Positions 27,121 through 40,680 of a DNA stretch of 64,000 nucleotides are shown here, in pieces. This DNA is from Octopus sinensis (taxonomy: Eukaryota). Both the position numbers and the translations under genes were made by a program. The stretch lies in contig NC_043004.1 in the NCBI RefSeq assembly GCF_006345805.1, positions 61,566,001-61,630,000 of the forward strand. Direction: 5' to 3'. The notes below the pieces were generated by a model, which saw nothing but the letters and a program-made list of their open reading frames with translations, was not told the DNA's origin and ran no database searches. Each line of letters opens with the position of its first letter. Position 1 is the stretch's first letter.

Positions 27121-27479
27121 GGGAATAGATTTGACCGAACGACTATAAATAGTCGCGTTCTGAGTAAGTGACGGAGAGCGATGGCGTTAATTGTAAGAAG
27201 TCGTAAGGTGTTTTTGTAGTTGTCGGAATATTGCTTGTTGGTTCGTGTATAGTTGGTAGAGAGTTTGTTGGATTGTTACCTTTGCTATACGTTTTATTGT
27301 TACTACACGGTTATAGTTTAAACAAGTATCATCATAAATAGTGGCGCTACTACAATAAGTGGAGACGAGTATCTGCCTGACAATAATATATGATTGACTT
27401 AAATTTTTCCTCGCAGCTGCTCGTAATCTGTGATTATATATAGATATCAAAGCAGTTTGTGCAGCAAATAATTGCTACA
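27118..27479. repeat. LTR-like segment, orientation ambiguous
   Basis: + model: TATA ctataaatag at about 27141, ...CTACA end at 27354, PBS-like TGGAGACGAG at 27360-27369. - model: TG...CA 27479 to 27192 preceded by PPT-like AAAGGGGTAGGA. Confidence 0.4.
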
Positions 27480-29460
27480 ATTAATCCTACCCCTTTGTAA
27501 ATATAATACCAGGTATATTAGAAATAATTCTGCCAATCGTTTCTTCTCGTATTCCAGTTTTGGAAGAAATGGTGAACTTGCAGAAGGTTAGCGTCGAATA
27601 CAATAGTTTGTATTATTTTATTGCTATTCTTTTGTGTTTGGGCTAAACTCCACAGATATGCGTTCGGCCCTTCACCATTTCGGATATCGATAATGCACAA
27701 GATACCATCAAACAGAAACCTGCTGCTATCGAATGCAGCCATCTTTCAAATCTAAGACCTTTGAACTGCATTACAACTTAACATTTCAGTTTCGTTTTTC
27801 TTATTTCCACATATGACCAAATGTTCTCTTATAAGATTATGTCTTAAGCCCCAGTAAAAGTGTATTCGATTCCTGGGAATTTTATCCGTCGGTTTCATTT
27901 TTGCCTTATTTAATCCCCAGCCTCTGTTGTCCTGGTGTCTACCCACAAGTAAAGGCATTCCGGCCACATATATGTCTATTTGGTCTTTATAGTGTATCTA
28001 GGACCATATTATACAAGTGTCTACCTTCTTATATTTAGACGTTTGAACGATATGAATAAAGATTTCGTTACTATTTTCGTTACTATTTCAAGCATAATAA
28101 GTAATTACGAAGAGGATTGGAGACCATAAGACATTTTTATAATTTTAGTTAATAAGTTATCAGTTGAAGATCGCTGTTTGCATACAAATTTCATATGTTA
28201 AAAGTTCTGGAGGTATGCATAAATGAATGAATTACTGCTATTTGGGAAGAAAGAAAGAAGATACATATGTCGATATATACATAATAAGATTGAAATGGTG
28301 AGATAGATGGGTAGGTAGATAGGTAAATATACTTTAATCATAATCTAAACATTGGTTTTAAGAAACAGAAATCTAGAACGATTAAGAAGTATTTCTTGTG
28401 GTAATGTATAATTATTCATTATAATGCGTCGCGCACAATTGCTGTCGATGTATGCATGGATCTTAAGGTACAGCTTTAATGATAATCTTGTATACAGTGC
28501 GTATATAATGAGATACCAATTGATGGACATCAGAATAACGCCGATCGATCAAATTAATAGAAAGTACAAGATAAATCAGTTATCACATCAATAGCTCCCA
28601 TTCCATCAATTTTTACAAATTTAGTCTAGATTTAAATAACAAATGGCAATAAACCTTTTACGTTAAAGCTATTACATTTACATATTCATAGATTATAATA
28701 AGAGATTCCTCACTAATTATGAATTTTGAATGCAATAATTACGTTTAAGCTGTGAGTCAGCTATGGCGATTATGGAAGTTCATTATAGCAAGAATACTTC
28801 TGAGTAAATGGGCCGCATACGAGCATTTCATCCAACTAGAAATAGCAGGGAAATTTCACTCAATTATATCATAAATCTCCAAAGAGAAGAATACATTTTG
28901 TAGTTTAGTTTTAGATATATAAAACGAGATGCTAATAAACATATCGTTTTATATTTGGTGTGTTTGCTTAGTACTAATTTAGTGCTAAAAATCATCATCA
29001 CTAATATATTAATTTAATGCCTCGTTCTGGGTTATCCTTATATCATACTTGACTATTGATTTGCCTGTACACAATCTCATTAACTCATAGAACATTGCAA
29101 GTTTTATTTTGTAATATAAAAAACACCAGCTCTGTTTCTCTGCACGTTTTCTGTGCATGCAAATCTCACCACTCCTCGTCAGATACGCTGACCCCGGTGA
29201 CATTAAGGGCTGATAGAGTTTCGTACCCGCACTTTCGAACAGTTTCCATCAGAACAGAAATAGTGGGGACAACCCCCCACCAAGGCATCATATTTGACGC
29301 TTTATTTTCTGACAAATATACACCACTTACACATGAAAATTGGTTGAGTAAAATTTTTGGACTGGAGCAGAGGTCAGCCAGAATATGTAGTGCAAGAAAC
29401 GCGTTTTCCTAGTATATCCATTTATAATAAAATCAATGTTGTTGTACTGATTACAGTTAT

Positions 29461-29464
<4 letters not shown>

Positions 29465-29546
<82 letters not shown>

Positions 29547-29552
29547 ATATAT
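29465..29552. repeat. (TA)n microsatellite
   Basis: Direct reading of the sequence. Confidence 0.95.
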
Positions 29553-29554
29553 AA

Positions 29555-29735
29555 AGGGAAAGTTTACGAAAATAAACAAAATACGAAGGCAGGTGGAGTA
29601 CAAAGAAACAAATGTATTAGTATAGCGCACAGGAATAGAAAAAAGTCTTTTACATTTCGAGCCTACGCTCTTCGACAGAAAGATACAAAGAAAAAAACAA
29701 GGAGAAAATAAAATACGTGTAGGAGCTAACGATCC
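29555..29735 (-). mobile_element. Penelope-like pLTR fragment with a minimal hammerhead-like motif
   Basis: Minus strand TCTTT-CTGTCGAA-GAGC GTAG GCTC-GAAA-TGTA-AAAGA (29646-29683); homologous to 3070-3205 and 61745-61875. Confidence 0.7.
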
Positions 29736-29754
29736 TATATATATATATATGTGT

Positions 29755-30298
29755 GTTAGTTAGTTAGTTAGTTAGTTTATTTGGCTCAAAAGCAAATAGC
29801 AAGGCCATGTAGGGGGACATGGAGTTAAGTACAGGGTGGTGTTCATGTAAAGAGTTTAGGCCACTTGAGGTCCAGGGAGGCTTTGAACAAAGCGGTCGTC
29901 GGCATCTTCACCATCTCATCTGGCAGCTTGTTCCACGGATCCGCAACCCGGACGGAGAAAGCTCCTCTCCTTCGATTGAGATGAAATCGTCGCAGGTAGA
30001 GCTTTTCGGAATGACCCCGCAGCCGACGCTCCGGAGCAGGAGTGAAGAACAGCTCTTTCGAGAGGTTACACTTCCCGCTTATGATGTTGTGGGCGAGAAT
30101 GAGATCACCACGGCGGCGGCGTTTTTCAAGAGAATAAAGGTCGAGCGTCCTCAGCCTTTCTTCGTAGGACAAATTTTTGAGACCATGAACCAGGCGGGTA
30201 GCCAGCCTCTGGACTCTTTAGAGGTGCTGTATGTCTTTGAGGAGATAAGGAGAAGAGGCTTGAATCCCATACTCCAATATGGGTCTCACCAGCGTGAC
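29755..30298 (-). mobile_element. CR1-clade LINE, 5'-truncated 3' end
   Basis: TLVRPILEYG...SYEERLRTLDLYSLEKRRRRGDLI...RGHSEKL...FSVRVADPWNKLP, the CR1 C-terminus, with one in-frame stop upstream; (AACT)n tail; inserted in (TA)n. Confidence 0.92.
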
Positions 30299-30325
30299 AT
30301 ATATATATATATATATATATATATA

Positions 30326-30702
30326 CACTACCGTCAGAAATTAATTAGCACCCTTGATTTGCTCTTCACTCAAGGTATGTGCTGTTACCTAGTGGCCATA
30401 TCTCGAACTATTGCTTTGTTGCGAGTTCACTGTTGCGCAGAACGATGACGTAACTTTGTTTGCAGGGCAGTTTGAGAGTCTACAGCCTTATGATGTTGAC
30501 ATAGCAGTGCAACAACTTGGAGTGCGGATGCAGACAAATCTTCCTTTGTTTAATAGATATAGGTAGCGCCTCGCAAGGACCGAAATCACACCATACTAAG
30601 TTTTCTCATCGCGTAAGACGTTTTGAACAGCTCATAGGTTAATTGATTTAACCTATTTAATGTAGAAATTTGAGAAGTGCTAATTAATTTCTGACGCAAG
30701 TG
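30326..30702. mobile_element. Tc1/mariner-type MITE, 377 bp
   Basis: TIRs CACTACCGTCAGAAATTAATTAGCAC / CACTTGCGTCAGAAATTAATTAGCAC (24/26) flanked by TA. Confidence 0.85.
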
Positions 30703-30712
30703 TATACATATA

Positions 30713-30763
<51 letters not shown>

Positions 30764-31212
30764 AGATTAGCTCGTATACGAGTGGGTATATATTTGTAAA
30801 AAATGAAGTTTGAAAATGCTGCTATATTAGACAAATTTTAATTTAACATGTTTCGGTTCTTGAAATGACGAACCTTATCAAAAAAATTTTTTATATATGA
30901 TAAAGAGAGTCCATGCTATATGTTTAAAGAGTATGATGTAATAGTTCATAATTGTGACATACATTCAATAGAGTCAAATATGAAAAAATTCATGTTCTTG
31001 AAAAGGCGAGGAGTTCATTTTAGATTTTACCTTGTGTTCCAATGGGAGCTACAGTAATGATTTTGGGTCGGTGTCTGCTCGCATAATTTTGGTAAATTTT
31101 GTGATTGTTGGATTTCTATCAGCTCAGCTAAGCTGTGGTCACTTGCACTGTTCACTGACGTCATATAGTTCCAAACCAATCAAAACCAAGTCTCAACGAA
31201 TATAGTGAAAAG

Positions 31213-31509
31213 ACTCCTAACTGTATCCTGTTAGGAAACCAACCAAGCGGAACGACAGTTTGGCCACGGAAGAAACACTTTTGACGAATCGAAATTAGAT
31301 CTGACCCATGACTGTATCCTGTTAGGTGGCTAGTCCAGCAGAACGAGTAGTTTGACCACGGAAGAAAGACGTCATCAATGTTTTGACGAATCAGAATCGG
31401 GTCTGACCCATAGCTGTATCGTGTGAGGAAACCGACCAAGCAGGGTGACAATAGTTTGACCACTGAGGTAATACGTCATCAATTTTTTGACGAATCAGGA
31501 TTAGATCTG
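31213..31509. repeat. Three imperfect tandem units of 91-102 nt downstream of a Penelope-like ORF
   Basis: ctgtatc anchors at 31221, 31312 and 31414; recurring agtttg(a/g)ccac and ttttgacgaatc...agatctg. Confidence 0.85.
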
Positions 31510-31748
31510 TTCGCAGAGAAAGAGATCTTTTTATAAATTTTTCCTTCCCTAAGACATATCACTGTCAGCGTGAGTGACTGTTTAAGGATCTGAGAAATTG
31601 TAATTCGCCCCACCTCCATTATTATAATTCTCTCACTGTGGCCGTAGCAACAGTGACCACGGTGGTTGTAGTAGTAGTGCGAGTTGGGGCAGTCGTAGTG
31701 GTTGTGGTAGAATTTCGATTTTCTTTTTCGGAGGACCAATGTTTTGTT

Positions 31749-32603
31749 TTAATATTCCTGGCCCAGGGTGTTCAAACTTGGTCTAAATTTTTTTATGAAA
31801 TAAAGTTCTTTATTTTGGCGTTGCGTGAAGGTTACGCTGTCACTGAATTTATAAAGTGGGTAAGTTGTAAATTTCGGATTTACATTTGCAGCACATCTAT
31901 CTATGTGTCCCCTGACCGGTATTTTCCGGTATTCAGGGTTTCTAATTTGTGATTTATGCACCGCCATCCTGTTACGTAAGCTATTTTTTGTATAGCCTAT
32001 ATACTGCCTATTGCAGCCTGCGCATGTTTAGACGTAAATTAAATTTTCTGATGCGCAGGTGAAGTTTGCTCTAAAGGTGAACTTATGGCCTTGTTCTAGT
32101 AAAAATTCTGAACCTTCTACCAAGATGACACAGATTCCGTAGTTGGGCCTTCCGCATTTTCTAACTGCTGGTTTTGTGGTTGATGTTGAGTGCAGTTTAG
32201 CTTGGGTTAAAATCCTTTTCAAGGATTTTGGTTGCCGTTTACTTTTAATGATGGTGTGTGTTTCGAGGATCCGGTTCATCTTTGGGTCTCCCTTTAGCAG
32301 GGTTGTGCTTTGTAGTATGGTGCTGAAGGCCTCATTGTTCAGTGGGTTGTGTGTAGAGATGTAGGGAAGGGTTTTTAATTGTTCTTTCTTTTTTGGTTTT
32401 GTTTGTCTCAGGTCTTCTATACTTAATTTGAGTGCCCTTTGGATTGCACTGTCTATTAGGGACTGTGGATAGTTTCTATTTGTGAGTGTGGTTCTAAGTT
32501 CCTGGAGACGTGTGTGTCGGGTGTTTGTGTCTGATAGTATGGTGCAAATACTTCTAGCTAAACAAAAAGGGACATTTATTCTAGTGTGTCGTAGGTGGCA
32601 TGA
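31749..32603 (-). mobile_element. Penelope-like element (Neptune-type), 5'-truncated: RT thumb, Cys linker and GIY-YIG
   Basis: FDSCHLRHTRINVPF...RNYPQSLID...RQPKSLKRIL...KCGRPNYGIC...FTCASENLIYV*TCAGCNRQYIGYT...KFRPSLN. ORFs 32028-32717 and 31749-31967 are the same frame, separated by one TAA. Confidence 0.9.
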
Positions 32604-34946
32604 ATCAAAGGGTATCGATATATATATACCTGTAAGCAATATCAAAGGGTATCGATATATATATGTACCTGTAAGCAATATTTTTCTGTAAAATCCATTA
32701 AATGAAGTAACATTCAACTATTAAGAAAGCTCACATCACTTTCAGAGATGAGAATTTAGATTTTACAATAAATCTAATTCCTGAACCGGCAAGGTTTTCT
32801 AATTCACATGAGAGCACTTTATGGTGCTGTAAATGATTACCAACCGACTTGTGGCTGACAAGATAAATAAATATGTTAAAGCATCTCGCCCGTCATATTC
32901 AATGTTTCACTAGTCACATCCTGCTTTTTTTGTTTGTTTTTTTTTGGTATTTCGCTATCAATACCGATGGGATGAAATTCAAAGTTAGGCACGGTGTCAC
33001 TTTCCTAAGACTTTAGAAAAGCAGAAAGAATATAGTCTGAAGCATTCCATTAAAATTTCTAACAAACGTCACTACCTACCATACTGCTCATAAGAAAATT
33101 AAATATAAGCATAACAATGTATAATTCTTAATCCAATATAAGTAACTATGTTCAACATAACAGACTTCACCGTTAATATTCCAGTATAATTTTCTAGAGA
33201 AGCTGACATTCATCCTCTAACACAGCAATTAAAAGTACCGAGTATGTCGTATTTCAGGCCACATTCTACATAGAATCAATGACAGCAGAATATTAGGTTG
33301 AGACCATGTATGATTTCAACAAGTTATGAATATTTTTGAACGATTAATTTTCGGAACTGTACTTATCGAAACATTTTGCTCTCATCAACTACTAGTATAC
33401 TGAAGTCGGCGTTGGCTGTAATGTAATACCATGTACACTAGGAGCAAGACAATGGTTAACTAGTTTTCTTCACCATCACGTGGCTAACATTTTATCTGAG
33501 TGATGCACTAGAAAATGAGTTCCATCATTACTTTGGGTCGAATCTAGGTATACTGTTGAAATCGATTAAATATAGAGAGTTGAATCAAAGCTAACCGTAC
33601 ATATTTCAAGGCGGTAGATTTAATGTGAACTTTGGTTTAACATCACCAACTGGTTACGGACATACCTGTATTTTGTTTCCAACTTTCCAGTTCCTTCATG
33701 TTTTTTTTATAGTTTGGGGTTTCAAGTATCCGCCAAGCAGGTCACGCGTGCGGTGCTTCTTTTTCAGATTAAGTGAGGATCCTTTAATGAATTTATAAAA
33801 TATCAAAACGTCTTCTACGTGGAATATAATTCACATTTTATGCTACTTCTGTATGTGCGTAGTGTTATGCTATGCAATATAATTCTAAAGCATCAACTTA
33901 CTTTATACGATTCTCTAATAAGGGATATAAAATAAAATAAGACCCATATAATAGTCAGACTTAAGGTCCCGAAAATGAAAACCTCCGTTGGTCATACAAG
34001 AATTCTGGATCGTGCAAGAATACGATTTAAAATCAAAATAATCCACGGGTATGTGTTTAGCCGCCAATTTCGTAGAAATAGGAGCCAAATCACTCTTTCT
34101 CTTCTTAAAGGGAAAACAATATTCTTAATAATATAGTTTTAAATGAACAATGTCCTGAAATAAATTACATTACATAAATTTGATTGCTTGGATTTTCAAC
34201 CAGAAATGAGGAAGTGCCTAACATTTATGGTAAATGAATGCCTTCTATGATGTCTCTAGCGAGATCTATTCCACTAAACCGCGAAATTATTCATAATGAT
34301 GTTGCTAATTCAAAAAAACATTATTCTCACTTAAAGTGTAATTTTAAAAAACAAATTGACAGATATAATAATAAATTAAATAATTGGTTTATTTTGTGTG
34401 TTCTTATAGGGACACGCGAATATTATAATGAATCGATATATTTGCGTCCAGCATAATATAAATTGTGATTATTGAACAGCAACTAACCACATAACAAGAA
34501 TATCATCACACATCCGACAGACTGAAAGCAGAGTCACGCTTTTGACTCGCACCAATCGACATAAATGAAAGAAGTATTAATGACGACAATTAATTGAGCA
34601 AGGGTATTAAAGTAGGGCTCTAGTACCTAGTCACTTCATCAGAACAATCATGATATGACCTTTATATTCTTAAACAATTTGAGTGCTTCTTCTTATTCAT
34701 TGATTCTATTCATATTTAAAATTCAGAAATATATCCAATTAATCTCTTATTGCGTCCATTCTTTGGATTACGGTGATACTAAGAAGCTGGTAACAATGGA
34801 TTTAGTGGTTTGTATAGATTGAGTTCGTGTTGAAACAAAGGGACAGAAATTAAATATCAGTTTCCCAATGCGCAGTTTCTCTCACATCGATACTTTATTT
34901 GGACATTCTGAATCAACCACATCCATTTGCAATGATTAAACGCTAG

Positions 34947-35530
<584 letters not shown>

Positions 35531-37439
35531 GTTGGTAGTCTGCTGTGCAATTTCTCTTTGACAAGTTTTGACCATCACTTTAGTCACCTGATAGGTGACC
35601 AAGTGGTAATGCAGAATTTTCCTAGAATGACGTCCATCTGTAGGGTTGAACTGAGAACCATCTAAGTGCAAAGCTAAGTTCTAAACTACATTTCCTCTAT
35701 AGGAATATTTTCTATTTTTGCATGTATAACTTCTACTATTACTGAATCCACAATTTATTAATATGAAGTGAGATGCGATCGAGAATAATTTTTGAAGGAT
35801 TTCACTTTCTCAACAAACAATGCCGAAACTGTTCGTGCTGTTTGAGGAGATATTCACAATACAAAAAAGTAACCAATATTCTATGTAAAATGGAATGATA
35901 ATAGGACGAGGAAACATGCGTTTATGCTGCCATCAATGTTTCTATTAGCTTTTTTTTTACCTCAGCATTTATTCATTTAAATAAGTTATTCACATGCATG
36001 ACGATTACTTTTGAAATAGTTGTGCAAGTAATTCATATTTTGTGAAGCTCTTTCTTGTTCACTTGACTTCCATTATAAGAGAACATCGTTTAGAATTAAG
36101 AGATGAAAATAAAAAGAAATAAATGTTTGCTTACGTGTTTGTTCAAGTATTTTTTTGGTAAATACTGCTGGAATAGAGGCTTAGAAATCAATGCAATTTG
36201 CTGATTCAGAACTAAAGTTTGATTCTTTGAATATTCTGAAAAGGAAAAGGAAAACAAAAGAAATCAGTGACATATAGTTAGCAAACAATATTGCAAAAGA
36301 AAAGGAACTCATTTTCTCAGTTGGCAATCTTTATAAGTGATCAGTGTCTAAGTTGATATGTTTAGAGGTAGAGAGAGAATATAGTGAATTTGACTATAAC
36401 TATCCACAATAAACCTGACGGTAGATTCCCCCAAAGGGACTTTCTAAAGAAAGTTAAAGAAGTTTGTTGAAGTTTGGTTTAGGTGTGAGAGTCCTTTGTC
36501 ACACGTTCATAAAGTTCTGGGTTTTGTATTCGTAAGTGGCAGAGTACTGTGTCGTCGAATATGATACTTCATTTCGAGTCTACTTATTTATAAATGAGTA
36601 CCACAAGTACTAATGCTGCTCTCTGTTCCTTCAGCTGCCACTTCCTATATGTGTCATGATATCAATTAACAAAAATATTGTATATGTTACCAAGCTATAC
36701 TAACACGTGAATGATCGCAAACAGAATCTTCGTTGTTTATGCACCATAATAAGCTGATTGTCTCGGATTAGCTAGGATTACCCACACAATTAATAGGCAA
36801 ATTTTACTTTCCAGTATATTCAATATCAAAGACAGATGATTAATCACAAGTCATCTTATCGAGTTTTTGAAAACTATAGGTGATGTAGACAGGGATAGAT
36901 ATCCAGCTTACGGCCATCTGGTGTAAGCAACAAACATGTTTTTCAATGACTGGAACTCTTAAACGAAGCATATTTTACATAGATGTCATTAGATTATATG
37001 AAAATAACTGACAGGGTTTGAATGACAAAGTATGGACTTTGATATATGTAAGATGCAGCATTAAGGGCATTCTCCTTGTAACAACTGAGCGGTTTCTTAA
37101 GTAAGTGTATGCGTGTGTGTGTGTATCTAAATTTTTATTAGGAGAAAATGTGGCATACTTTCAACGTTCCATCTTAGCTTCCTTCGAGAAGATTTTCCTT
37201 ATAAATATGAAATGAAGAGCTTACTCTACTAAATGTTGTTAACTGATAATTCATGCTGTCAAAAGATCATCAAAATTACCAGCCTCAAATAATGGCGACA
37301 AATTATTTATTCCATCTGTATAATGTTAGCAGTTGCGTGTTGTAATCTAAATGTTTCACAAATAATAGTCCTAAAGTAAATAACTCCAGGCATTTTGAAT
37401 GATACTGGAACTGCCACCACCATCGACAAAAACAGAAAC

Positions 37440-37540
37440 GATAATAATAATAATAATCCTTTCTACTGGTAGCACAAGGCCTCAAATTTTTGGGGATAGG
37501 AATAGTCGATTTACATCGACGCCAGTTCTGTGCCAACAAT
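37440..37540 (-). mobile_element. SINE family C 3' tail fragment
   Basis: Reverse complement gtcgatgtaaatcgacta..cccaaaaatttgaggccttgtgct...(att)n, like the 3' parts of the copies at 63031-63445. Confidence 0.5.
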
Positions 37541-37644
37541 AGATATAAACAAAGTCAGCATCAGTGACATTTGGTCACAGAACATGAAGCCACGTCATTA
37601 GTCTGGCTTGCAAACGATTCTGCCAGATCAGTTCCCAGTTTAAT

Positions 37645-38900
<1,256 letters not shown>

Positions 38901-38902
<2 letters not shown>

Positions 38903-40680
38903 TGCCAATAAAAAAATAAGCCTGGGTATAAAATTGCCAATAAAAAAATAAGCCATTTTATATGGATGACTTAAAACTTTATGGTAAAGACAATAATGAA
39001 CTTGAAGGCCTATTGCCCACCGTGAAAGCATTCAGCGATGACATCGGGATGGAGTTTGGACTTGAGAAGTGTGCCAAGGCCACTTTCCAGAAAGGGAAAG
39101 TGAAGACCACAAATTCAGTCGTGTTAGATGTTGACACAATCATAAGAGAGCTTGAGCAAGAACAAACTTACAAATATTTAGGGATAAATGAAGGCTCTGG
39201 TATTCAGCATGCAATCATGAAAGAGAAAATCAGGAAGGAATGTTATAGGAGAGTTCGTGCAGTCCTGAAATCTGAACTAAATGCACGTAACAAGGTGTTA
39301 GCTATAAATTCCTTAGCAGTTCCAGTTGTTACTTATAGCTACAATGTGTTGAACTGGAATATGAGTGAAGTAAAGAATATAGATAGAAAAATACGCAAGC
39401 TGCTGAGTTGTAATAGGATGCACCACCCAAAGTCAGACGTAGATCGCCTTTACCTTCCCAGAGCCCAAGGAGGTCGAGGCCTGATCCAATTTGAACTAGC
39501 TTACAAAACAACCAAAATTGGACTGGCCAAATATCTCGAAATATCGAATGACTGGATGCTAAAGCTCGTGGAAAATCACGAGAGACGAAAGAAGCTTCAT
39601 TCTATCATAAAGGAAAGCAAAAAATTTGCTATTGATCTCGTGCAGGATATCCAAACTGAACAACCCGAGGGAAGTACGGCAAAGAAGGTGAAAATGATGG
39701 CAATGAAGAAAGCGCACGAGCAATTGGCTGATAGGTGGGAGGAGAAACCTCTGCACGGCAAATATGTGGCCCGCAGCAAACAAGCTGATGTTGACCAGAA
39801 GCAAACCCATCAGTGGCTACAGAGCTCAGGGCTAAAAGCAGAGAGCGAAGGTTTCATCCTGGCTGCTCAAGATCAAAGCCTATTAACCCGGAACTACCAG
39901 GCCAATGTGATGAAAAATAGAGCAGACCCAAAATGCCGATTCTGCAACGACATGATTGAAACAGTGGACCACCTAATCTCTGGATGTAAGGTCTTAGCAC
40001 CAGTGGAGTATAAATTAAGACATGACAGAGTTGGCCAATATCTCCACTGGCTAATAAGTCAGCATTACAATATCAAAACTGCCGACAAGTGGTATAATCA
40101 CCACCCTGAGGCTGTAACTGAAGGAGAAAATGTAACCATTCTGTGGGACTTTCCAGTACATACAGACCGAACCATCAAGGCCAATAAACCAGATATTGTT
40201 GTGAAAGACCAAAACAGTAAAGTTTGCTTATTGATCGACATGAGCATCCCCTGTGATCATAATATCTCAGCGAAAGAGTTTGACAAGCTCAGAAAATATA
40301 AAGACCTACTCATTGAAATTGAGAAAATGTGGCATCTCAAGGCGGTTACAATACAAGTGATCGTAGGAGCACTAGGAATGATCAAGAAGGGAACCGAAAA
40401 TTATATGAGAATGATCGCTGGCTTACCATCCCTGCAAGAAGTGCAAAAGATTGTCTTAACTGGTACATCACACGTATTGAGAAGAGCATTGTCGATGTGA
40501 GATCTGTTGCTGCTCATGTATTTCAATTTAACTTGAAAAAAAAAAAAGAAAAAAAAAGGGAACGAACTATTGAGTTTGGTTTAATGGCCTACCAATGTAT
40601 ACTATGAGTTTCTTTGCCCTAGGAGTCGGGAAGACACTCGGCAAGAAATGGAAGCAAATTTGAAAGAAGAAAAAAAAAAA
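38901..40680 (+). mobile_element. Dong/R4-clade LINE (RLE type), young, 5'-truncated
   Basis: Flanked by (AAT)n on both sides; uninterrupted 512-aa ORF; 180-nt 3' UTR ending in an A-run then (TAA)n. Confidence 0.93.
38962..40500 (+). CDS. Dong/R4 ORF, C-terminal half (RT YMDD onward, CCHC zinc knuckle, restriction-like endonuclease)
   Basis: MDDLKLY, YKYLG, RLYLPRAQGGRGL, AAQDQ, CRFCNDMIETVDHLISGC, RHDRV, KPDIV, LIDMSIP, KLRKYKDL, GALG. The upstream RT is missing. Confidence 0.88.
   Translation: MDDLKLYGKDNNELEGLLPTVKAFSDDIGMEFGLEKCAKATFQKGKVKTTNSVVLDVDTIIRELEQEQTYKYLGINEGSGIQHAIMKEKIRKECYRRVRAVLKSELNARNKVLAINSLAVPVVTYSYNVLNWNMSEVKNIDRKIRKLLSCNRMHHPKSDVDRLYLPRAQGGRGLIQFELAYKTTKIGLAKYLEISNDWMLKLVENHERRKKLHSIIKESKKFAIDLVQDIQTEQPEGSTAKKVKMMAMKKAHEQLADRWEEKPLHGKYVARSKQADVDQKQTHQWLQSSGLKAESEGFILAAQDQSLLTRNYQANVMKNRADPKCRFCNDMIETVDHLISGCKVLAPVEYKLRHDRVGQYLHWLISQHYNIKTADKWYNHHPEAVTEGENVTILWDFPVHTDRTIKANKPDIVVKDQNSKVCLLIDMSIPCDHNISAKEFDKLRKYKDLLIEIEKMWHLKAVTIQVIVGALGMIKKGTENYMRMIAGLPSLQEVQKIVLTGTSHVLRRALSM

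Noticed and set aside
29819-30448. 209-aa plus-strand ORF
   Set aside because: Antisense to the CR1 fragment and runs into (TA)n.
31213-31509. CRISPR-like array
   Set aside because: Whole units are homologous (no unique spacers), the context is eukaryotic and there are no cas genes.
36793-36858. Possible exon (ttttccag...tatag|gtgatg)
   Set aside because: Splice-like signals, but the peptide is unrecognisable and no partner exons were found.
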